Source of the DNA: Lingula anatina
Taxonomy: Eukaryota > Animalia > Brachiopoda
Length of the DNA: 64,000 nucleotides
Direction: 5' to 3'
Assembly (NCBI GenBank): GCA_051362555.1
Contig: CM120646.1
Coordinates: 16,120,001-16,184,000 of the forward strand
Shown: piece after piece, positions 28,501 through 39,400 of the stretch
Numbering within the stretch: the stretch's first letter is position 1
How the letters are laid out: each line of letters begins with the position of its first letter
The notes under the pieces: generated by a model
The model's input: only the letters and a program-made list of their open reading frames with translations
The model's database searches: none
Told to the model about the DNA's origin: nothing
Made by a program: the position numbers and the translations under genes

Positions 28501-31500
28501 CAACCAAAGATTATCTATGTAAAGGAGATAGCAGTTCATACAGACTCAAGAATATCTCTAGCAGGTAAGGATGTTGTCTGGGACAATCTTTGTAAAAGTT
28601 GATATTCAAAAAACTTTCTTAGACTACAGTTATGTTGGTCCCACAATAAGTGTGTGTGAGATAGCTCTCTATATATAATTGTACCACCAGCGTTAGCGCT
28701 GGCGGTACACATGGTTTCGGTCCCGTCCGGATCGTTCCGCCGGCTCCGCCGGACGGCTACCGTTACCGCTTCTCCTCCTAGACGGTAAGGGCCCCCGTAC
28801 CCATCTCATGGATTTAGGTCACCTATAATCTCAACTCGTTCCACGTAAAATTTGGCCTTTGTCGGTATTGGGGTCTGGGTGTGGCACTCATTACAATGCA
28901 CCCTTGTCTAAAAATGGCAAAATTAAATGCTAATTATCTACCCTACGGAAGGAGTTATGGGAAAAATTTCTATAGACGGCTTTCCAAAAGTCATATGTGT
29001 AGATTTCAAATATACCCTTGGATTTGACCTTTGACCTTTACTTCAAGGTCAAATGGGCCAAAATTTTCAAAAAAATGAAATTTTTTACGAAAAAAAATTT
29101 TTTTGCCCTGTTATTCAGACACTACACAGACTTAACCAATAATATTATTGGAAAGTGTTACCCTTCAGGTCATCTTTCATCTCCATGAATTTGGAGTCAA
29201 TCGGTGCATTTTCACGGGAGTAGCGGCCATAAGATACCGAAACTGAAAACTGTCTCTAATTCGGGAACCGTTAATGCTAGAGACCCATTCTTTTTTGCAT
29301 TTTGTAGAGCATGTAAAGCCCAACACTGAAGGTGGTCTCGGTTTTTTTGTATTCCATACGGTTTTCGAGTAACGCTGTATCAAAAAGTACATATTGGTGG
29401 TAAAAGCAAAATGTGCAGTACGGTAATGGATAATAAATTTTGAACTCTGGAAAAATAAAATATAAGGCTTGGCAAAGCAGACAACTTGTGTTCAAAAATG
29501 ACATTATTTCATCAAATTTGAACTTCTGAAACTTCAGAGCACCTCCTATTTCAAGAATTTTGACCAAAATAACATTTTCTTTATTTTAATTAATTTTTTC
29601 TGTACGAAATTTAAGGCACATTATGGTAACTCCAAAATTATAACATTTAGTCCCTTATATCTCCAAAACTGGCAGAGATAGGTCCATAGTTACTATTGAA
29701 GTTGAATAGGAAGTCATATACTGGCTATCTTTCTGTGACCTTAAAATTGACCTTTGACCTACTTTTCACCATGAACTGAACTTTGCAAATTTTGCTTCCC
29801 TTTTATCTCCAAAACTGGCTGAGATAGGTCCGTAGTTACTATTGAACTTGAATAGAAAGTCATATACTGGCAATCTAAATGTGACCTTGAAATTGACCTT
29901 TGACCTACTTTTCACCATGAATTGAACTTTGCAAATTTTGCTTTCCTTTTATCTCCAAAACTGGCAGAGATAGGTCCGTAGTTACTATTGAACTTGAATA
30001 GGAAGTCATATACAGGCAATCTATATGTGACCTTAAAGTTGACATTTGACCTACTTTTCACCATGAATTGAACTTTGCAAATTTTGCTTTCCTTTTATCT
30101 CCAAAACTGGCTGAGATAGGTCCGTAGTTACTATTGAACTTGAATAGGAAGTCATATACTGGCAATCTATATGTGACCTTAAAATTGACCTTTGACCTAC
30201 TTTTCACCATGAACTGAACTTTGCAAATTTTGCTTCCCTTTTATCTCCAAAACTGGCAGAGATAGGTCCATAGTTACTATTGAACTTGAATAGGAAGTCA
30301 TATACTGGCAATCTATATGTGACCTTAAAGTTGACCTTTGACCTACTTTTCACCATGAACTGAACTTTGCAAATTTTGCTTCCCTTTTATCTCCAAAACT
30401 GGCAGAGATAGGTCCATAGTTACTATTGAACTTGAATAGGAAGTCATATACTGGCAATCTAATTGTGATCTTAAAATTGACCTTTGACCTACTTTTCACC
30501 ATGAACTGAACTTTGCAAATTTTGCTTCCCTTTTATCTCCAAAACTGGCAGAGATAGGTCCGTAGTTACTATTGAACTTGAATAGAAAGTCATATACTGG
30601 CAATCTAAATGTGACCTTGAAAATTACCTTTGACCTACTTTTCACCATGAACTGAACTTTGCAAATTTTGCTTTCCTTTTATCTCCAAAACTGGCAGAGA
30701 TAGGTCCGTAGTTACTATTGAACTTGAATAGGAAGTCATATACTGGCAATCTATATGTGACCTTAAAATTGACCTTTGACCTACTTTTCACCATGAATTG
30801 AACTTTGCAAATTTTGCTTTCCTTTTATCTCCAAAACTGGCAGAGATAGGTCCATAGTTACTATTGAACTTGAATAGGAAGTCATATACTGGCAATCTAA
30901 ATGTGACCTTAAAATTGACCTTTGACCTACTTTACACCATGAACTGAATTTTGCAAATTTTGCTTTTCTTTTATCTCCAAAACTGGCTGAGATAGGTCCA
31001 TAGTTACTATTGAACTTGAATAGAAAGTCATATACTGGCAATCTAAATGTGACCTTGAAATTGACCTTTGACCTACTTTTCACCATAAATTGAACTTTGC
31101 AAATTTTGCTTTCCTTTTATCTCCAAAACTGGCAGAGAGAGGTCCGTAGTTACTATTGAACTTGAATAGGAAGTCATATACTGGCAATCTATATGTGACC
31201 TTAAAATTGACCTTTGACCTACTTTTCACCATGAATTGAACTTTGCAAATTTTGCTTTCCTTTTATCTCCAAAACTGGCAGAGATAGGTCCATAGTTACT
31301 ATTGAACTTGAATAGGAAGTCATATACTGGCAATCTATATGTGACCTTAAAATTGACTTTTGACCTACTTTTCACCATGAACTGAACTTTGCAAATTTTG
31401 CTTTCCTTTTATCTCCAAAACTGGCAGAGATAGGTCCGTAGTTACTATTGAACTTGAATAGGAAGTCATATACTGGCAATCTATATGTGACCTTAAAATT

Positions 31501-34500
31501 GACCTTTGACCTACTTTTCACCATGAACTGAACTTTGCAAATTTTGCTTCCCTTTTATCTCCAAAACTGGCAGAGATAGGTCCATAGTTACTATTGAACT
31601 TGAATAGGAAGTCATATACTGGCAATCTAAATGTGACCTTAAAATTGACCTTTGACCTACTTTACACCATGAACTGAATTTTGCAAATTTTGCTTTTCTT
31701 TTATCTCCAAAACTGGCTGAGATAGGTCCGTAGTTACTATTGAACTTGAATAGAAAGTCATATACTGGCAATCTAAATGTGACCTTAAAATTGACCTTTA
31801 ACCTACTTTTCACCATAAACTGAACTTTGCAAATTTTGCTTCCCTTTTATCTCCAAAACAGGCAGAGATAGGTCCATAGTTAATATTGAACTTGAATAGG
31901 AAGTCATATACTGGCAATCTAAATGTGACCTTAAAATTGACCTTTGACCTACTTTTCACCATGAACTGAACTTTGCAAATTTTGCTTTCCTTTTGTCTCC
32001 AAAACTGGCAGAGATAGGTCCATAGTTACTCTTGAACTTGAATAGGAAGTCATATACTGGCAATTTACTGTGACCTTGAAATTGACCCTTGACCTATCTT
32101 ACGAAGAACTTAAATTTGATTGTACCATATATATTTTTTGCAAAAGTTTAAAAATTCTTGTTGATTGCATTTTTACAGCTTGTCAAGCACAAAACTGGTG
32201 GCTGTGTCCCTTATTTTGTGTATGTGGGGGTCTATACGAATGCGCTTGCTCCAGCTGGTGGTACAATATTCGGAGGCGGTATCGCCTCTCTGATCCTCTA
32301 GTTTACTTTATTTTTAAAAATCTTATAATATTTTTTAAAACCCAGGCTCCCATACTTACCATTGGTTAATGAATCCATTTTTACATATACAGTTAGTCCC
32401 CCCTTTTTTTTTTTTTTTTTTTAAATAATCTCTTAAGAGATTATAACAGAGTATAGCCATCAGTGGAGGTCGCGTGGTCTAAAGACAAGCTCAGATATCA
32501 GAATAATAGCTATAACTGCCATTTTTGTGGTAAAGCAGAATATATTATATTTCTATGAGTTGTTCACAATGTTTTTATTGTGAAATATAGATCTTATACA
32601 AAGAGTTATTATCCCTTTAATGGTTTTCATGCAAGAAGTTGAAAAAAATATCCAGTCAAAAGTTAGAAGTGCTCACCTGACAGCTTTAACCCCCAGCAAC
32701 ACCATAGATTGCTGAGGGTGCTGCCATCTATTGATCATAACTGACATTACACTACTGCCTTCTTTTGGTCATAAACAGACTGCTAAACACAATTAAAGAA
32801 AGATGAAAAATACATAAAGTACATTGGCCAATATTTTGTCAGTGTTTTGACCCATATTTTTGTCGAAGGCAAATCTTGTTAATGTTATCCTTTCTTTCAG
32901 CTGATATTCCGAATGGTGTATACAATCTTGTGATCAGTGGCACTCAGTTGAGTGATAGTGGGACCTATGCGTGTGTCAACCAGGAAGGAGATGCAGAGGA
33001 AAAATTGTTCAGTTTGAAGGTTCAGTGTATGTATGGCATGGGCCATTTGGCACATATGTAGCTTGACTGTTATTGTGTATTGTGAAATCTTCACCTAGTT
33101 TTTAGATTTTTGTAGATCCAATCTGATGCTTATAGGTTTGGGAAGGACAAATTTTTGGGATAAAAAAATAATTAAAGTCTTTTTGGTATTGCTGTAATAA
33201 TAAACTATATATATTTCCCTTCGAGTTCAGAAAATTAATAATTGCATGTGTATTTTTAGTGAGGCCAACCATTGAACATTTTCCCGAAGCCCCAGTTACC
33301 AAAGTGGTTGGAGACGGCATCTCCCTAGCGTGCAATGCCTCTGGCATCCCCTCACCCACAATCACATGGAGGAAGGGGGTATGTTTATGTTCAGTCACTA
33401 AGGGCTCATTATCAATAAAACTGTCTATTTTTTGTTCTATGTAGAATGATCCATCTCCCTGGGACACTTGCTGAATGCAATCAGATTATCAAGCGGTATA
33501 TCATTATACAATTTGTATTGATACACTTTGAGAAGTTGAGGACCATAAAACTTACCTATTGTGTTGGAGAGTCCTTAAACAGGATTTGTCATGTGCAGTG
33601 TAATCTGGTAGTAATCTTTCATTCTTGGTTTTTTGTGAGATGTTTAAAGGGACTTTAATTAAGGAGTAGAGTTCTCCTTTTCACTTATTGATCTTTAGCA
33701 TTCTTTGTCCCTGTTCTCCCATTTCTTTAACAGTACTCTATCACTCATTATGAACTACACATAATTGACAGATATTAACCTTTAAGGAATCTTTAACCCA
33801 ATAGTAAATACTCTATATATCCCCGTCTTCTATATTTAAGGGTACCACCATTCCATCCCATGTGATATTTAGTCAGGATGGACAGATACTGACCATAGAA
33901 GAGGCAACGGAGACTGATAGTGGCAGCTATGAGTGTACTGCAGCCAATGGTGTCGGTTTCCCAGCTGTTAAGACTGTCATTGTCAATGTCCAGTGTAAGT
34001 TTGAATATGAACTGTCCTTAAAATTATTAATGCCCAACAGGCCTGTAGCCAACATGTTGAAAAGGGGCATCTTTTCTTGAAAAAGTGGACCTTTTTACTT
34101 CCTTAGTAGACCCAACTTAAGAGAACCTGGATCAACTTTTGATTCATAGTGGACCATTTCAGGCCAAAAGGGCAGTTCTTTTGAACCCTCTCCCCCTCCC
34201 TACAGGCCTGTCCAGTGTAAACTATTCTGCACTGTCCTTAAAGATTGCTATATGTCCAGTACAAGTTATTCTGAATTGACTTTTAATATTTCAGTTTGCC
34301 TAGTAGTGTAAGCTACATGTATATACACTCTTCTGTCATTGAAAATTGTTAGCATACTCATGCTGCTGCATTGATCCAAGTATAACATCCTTATTCACCA
34401 GCCCTTGTTGGGGTATATAATTTTGTCATTATTGAAATAGAAAAAGAAATTGCAGATGATCCATTTCAGGGCCTGGCTGAAGCCGCCGTAGTATTATAAT

Positions 34501-36424
34501 TAGTAGTAGAGTGGCCTTTTCTATGTGCATTTTTATGTCTATATCTTTTACAGTTCCACCAGAGATAGTGTTTATCAACAAGTCTCAGGTGCACACAGGG
34601 ACAACGAGACCCCTGCTTCTGCAGTGTGGAACCAAAGGGTCACCTGTGCCGGGTGAGCGAACAACACTATGACCTCTTTCACTCTGATATGATATGATAT
34701 TAAGATTCTAGCTCTTTGTTTAAAGAGTCATTTCAACTAAGCAAATAAATATCAGTTGAAGATTACTATGGCATTTTTTTCTCTATATTCAAACAGAACT
34801 GGTTAGTTGTTTTCACCAATACAACAATATCTACAGCAGATGATTTGAAATTTCCCATAGTGAGATGGGGCTATGTCAAAAATCGTGTTTTACATAAGGT
34901 AGATTACTATCATGAAAATTTTAAAAACATGGGGACGATTTTGAAAATGGATAATCAGAGTATGTTTTTGAGACCCAGCATCATATAATTTTACAGAAAT
35001 AAAATGGCACCTCCATGGTGAAAGCATTCCCACCCATTTTCAAGTAGACACAGCTAATGTTAACCAGCAGTACCTGTCCACACTTCGAGTGGAGTCTCTG
35101 CGGGGAACAGATCTCGGGGAGTACAAGTGTACAGCCAAGAATGCCTTGGGAGAGGCTGAGGCAATTGTAATTGTGACAGGTTTGTGGGGAAGAAATAGTA
35201 TTTTGTGCTTCATAATGTACTGACTTTTAATGAAAAGAAAAGAAACATTGTTAAGGGCATTTAATTTTAAATGCTTATAACATATGGAAATTCTTCAAAT
35301 GTTGAATTTTGGATAAGACAGTTTAGAAGTCAAGTTTTCAATATGGCAATTTAAGGGCTGTCATAGTGTTAGACATAGTCCAATTGCTTGAGGAATTTGA
35401 GCCTTAATGAAAACATTTTATTATTTTAGACAGTTTTCTTTTTCATTGAATTCATGATAGATTAAGCATCTTGATACTTATATTCAGGAGAACCAGAGAA
35501 TGTGACTATTACCAGTAACCCAGAGGGTCCCTTCTCTAATGAGTTTACATTGACATGGACTATAAAAGAATATGAACCAACTATTGAATATAAACTCAAA
35601 CTTAGGACAGTAAGTTTAAAGCCACTTTTTTCAGATGTACAATGAAAACTTTTTTATTTGCATAACAGTGAAGATTTACAAAGAGTGCTTTGATTTTGTT
35701 TGTTTATTTGTAAAATAAATGTATATTTATTTCCTTTAGATATTTATGATGATATTGAGATTTCAAGCAACTTAATTTGATTTGACCATCTGTCAAATAA
35801 AACATAAGTAATGTGTTATTTATTTGTATAACAGACCTAGTGTTCTCATTTTGAATGATATACTACCAATTTATCTTTCATTCAAATTCTATCAGTATGT
35901 CTCCCTGCCCACAGTGTGCCTCCTGTGGATCACCATGCACAACCACCTGTCATCCGAACTGTATAAGATACTGTATTAAATCTTACTGCAGTACATGTAC
36001 ACGTTTTGCAGACTATTTTGATTGAATTAGTTAAGTGTTTGTGTGTGTGTGTGTATTTGTATGTATATGTATGTGTGTGTGTAACCATTCTTTTATTGTG
36101 TTTTTCCTTTCCAGGTAAATGGTACAGAGGCAGGCCCCTGGGTGAATAGCTCCATCCCTGCCAAGTCTGAAGAGGGCTCCATTGAGCAGCAGCAGTCCTT
36201 CACCCTGGAGGGTTTAGAGCCCCTGATGGTGTACCAGGTGGAACTGGTAGCCAGGAATAAGTTCGGTGAAAGTGGAGTTGTGGAATTTACTTTTAAAACA
36301 GCAGAAGGTATATAAGGATGTTGTAGCCAGTTGAAGACGGTCTGATATGGAAGCATGAGCGTTCTGCACTCTCTCTCTCTCTCTCTCTCTTTTTCTCTCT
36401 CTCATTCTCTCTCTCACTCTCTTT

Positions 36425-36470
<46 letters not shown>

Positions 36471-39400
36471 AAGGGGTTTGAAGGCCTAAAAATTGCAGTA
36501 ATTTGCATGCACAGTCAAATGCAGTTGCATGCACACATATGTACACAGAAAGGTTTGTAGTCCTTATATTTTAATTAACAGGATACGAAGTCGAGGTCAA
36601 AATGGGATGTTGTACACAAAATCAGAGGACACACTATTGAAAGAAGGGAGGGAAATACTTTCTTGGTCATAACTCTGTGAGGTATAATTATAATTACTTC
36701 TGTGTGTTTCAACCTTCTCAAAAATTACTTTGATTCACAGCTGGCAAAGTCCGTCCTTCAACCACAATGTCAACAACAACGACAACAACAATGCCACCAC
36801 CAACTACAACAACAGAGATGTTACAGGGAAGCGGCTCGGGGAAGGAGGACACCAACCGTAAGTATAATTGGCTAGCATTTGAATTGAGTGTGTTCTTATG
36901 ATAGAGTAGCCTTTATGAAAAGTAGTAGTTGTAGAAATGACTTAGTTGTAGAAATAATTGCATGTTTTTGTAATATATGATGCTAAATACTAAAGATGAG
37001 TAGATAAATGATTACTTGATAGTGGTAGCATGGCTTGGTATTTATGTACAATTTTCCTTCTTTAGTCCCCAACTCCTTTATTCTCCTGTCTTTTCGTTGT
37101 GGAGTCAGCATTAGTTATATACAGATCTCACACAGAGGAGGCACTACAGTCACTTACGACTGAGAAATGACACAACATTGTTGTTGTTTCAAATTTTTAT
37201 AATGGGAATTTTTAGGGTGTGCTGTTTTCAGTAGAGAAAACCATAGCATCCAGGAATAAGAGGTCAAACCCCAACACAACTACTGTAACAGTAATTACTT
37301 CTGCCTATCTTTTCTTTCAGCTGTTATCTTGTGTGATTTCTTCACTATCTCTCTAGATTTCTGAAATCTTCTGTCTTGACATGTTTTCTTTAGTGTATAG
37401 TAATAGTACTAACATTACTGTCCAAAGTAGCTGGGAATATGAACTGTGGGGCTCGGGAGAGGTTGAAGGTAGGTGGTTTGCTTTATCAGTAGTTTTCCAT
37501 CTCAACTTCAGATCAAACTTTTCTTCTTGACCTTGTCTCCTTTTGGGGTATAATATAACACTTATATGTATCATTTCACTCTTAGCTTTTATTCTGTATT
37601 CTTTAGTTGATTTCTTTTCTGTTTTTCTATATTTTTGTTTAGTTTATTCTTCATGTGTCCCTCTCTTTCCTGTAACTCTGTAGCATGTTTTCTTAAATAC
37701 TCTCTTAGCATCAGGGGAGATAGATAATATGACTTTACCAGAGATCTCATCTGGAGAGGCAGAGGGAGACACCGTACCCACTTTAGTTTATGTAAAAGGT
37801 AGGGACTCTCTTACTCACAGGAAGAATTGTCCATTTCAGAAACATGAGCATGTAAGGGTAGAAAAGTATCTTTTGTTTTATTAATTTACTTTGAAAACAT
37901 AGATAAAACTGGTATATTCTTACAGAAAAGTGGTTATATTCTTAACTGATAACAATGAAACACATATGCCAGTCTGAAGTAACTGGAACACTGATTAAAG
38001 CATTTTGAGGTCTACTTCTATAATCTGAAAAGGCAATTAGGGCAATAATTAGATGGAAATGCTCCTGTTTTTTACACTTTCCTTTTCTAATATCAGCCTC
38101 TTTTCATACATCTAAAATGGATCAAAATTCCTTTTTTCCTAAGGTCAGATTTGAGATGAACAAAATCATCATATGTAACTGTTATAACCCTATGTGTATA
38201 ATGCCCTATCCTGATGTGTCTTGCAATTAATACATTGAAACAGACCCTTGGATCTAGGTCTGGGGTTTTTAAGAATCATCCTTTAAAGAAGGGTAAAAGG
38301 GGCCATGCCTTTTAGAAGAATCACCCTTTGCCTGTCAGGTAGATTGTAAAAATTAATTCAGGATGTATAATGAACAAAAATGTCTTCTTTGTTATAAAGA
38401 TAGTTTTGTTCTAAACAATCCTTAAATATCATTTTTTGTTCATCTTCTACTGTTACTAATTGCATGATTTTTATTTTAAAAATTAAGAAAAATAAAGAAA
38501 AAGTTGTCTTTGTTTAGTGTTAATACTCTCATTTACCTCTGTCTTAGTTTGTATTTTCCAAAGTTTAGTTGGAACTAATTTCTCTGTGAACAATTTTCTT
38601 AACCTCCATGAAATTGTTTAAGATTTGTCTGGTAGGCAATGTGTTATGTGAACAGTTGCGTACAGCGTGTCCTTTAAAATGGAAGAATTTTTTCTTCTAA
38701 GAAAAAGAAGAGAAATGCACCAGCCAAGATGGCACAAAGTTAATCAACTGAAAAGTTATAGAACTTATTATTTGTGAATTCTGAGAAGTATGAATAAAAT
38801 AGATTGAGTGATTACATGGGAAATTGTCCAATAAAATATGATCTCGTGTTTTGTCTTGGCTTAAGTTGCTATTGTTATTAAGTTGATGGAGGGTAGTAAA
38901 AGTCTCTTTTAAGTTATGAAAACAAAATAGTACTACTGTTAAAAAATCAATTTTTTTGTTGAAAATTTTGGTATAAAGTAGCAACCAGATAATGTTTTTA
39001 AACAAAAGATTGGAGGTTTCTTTTTAGGTTCTGTCTATTCTTTCTTTCTTTCTTTCTTTCTTCTAACCTGTAACTTGTAGAGTTTGCTGAAGTAGCTAAC
39101 ACAACAAACATGGGCGAGGAAATAATACCAGTGACAAAGTTAGAAGGTGAGGACTTCCAATTTAGATCACACTAGCATATTTTTCAGTTAAATAACTGGT
39201 TTTCCACCAAGTTGATGACTTGGGAATTGAAGATATTATTGTAATTTTCATTGTCCTCAAGTAAGTGCATACAATCAAACTGGGACATTGTATTTTTACC
39301 AAATACTAGTTTGTTTGAAATTGGATATCAATTATGATTTTGAGAAGTGTTTTCAGTTATGTTTGACTTTTTTAACAAAACTTACCTTGTGAGCCCAGAT

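Noticed and set aside
29655-32096. Array as CRISPR, or ORFs 30781-31086 and 31511-31816 as genes
   Set aside because: Monomers are contiguous 146-bp repeats with no unique spacers and no cas genes; the ORFs are by-products of the satellite.
37066-37163. Another possible terminal exon (LPNSFILLSFRCG...)
   Set aside because: No clear anchor signal or supporting features; cannot be distinguished from intron.
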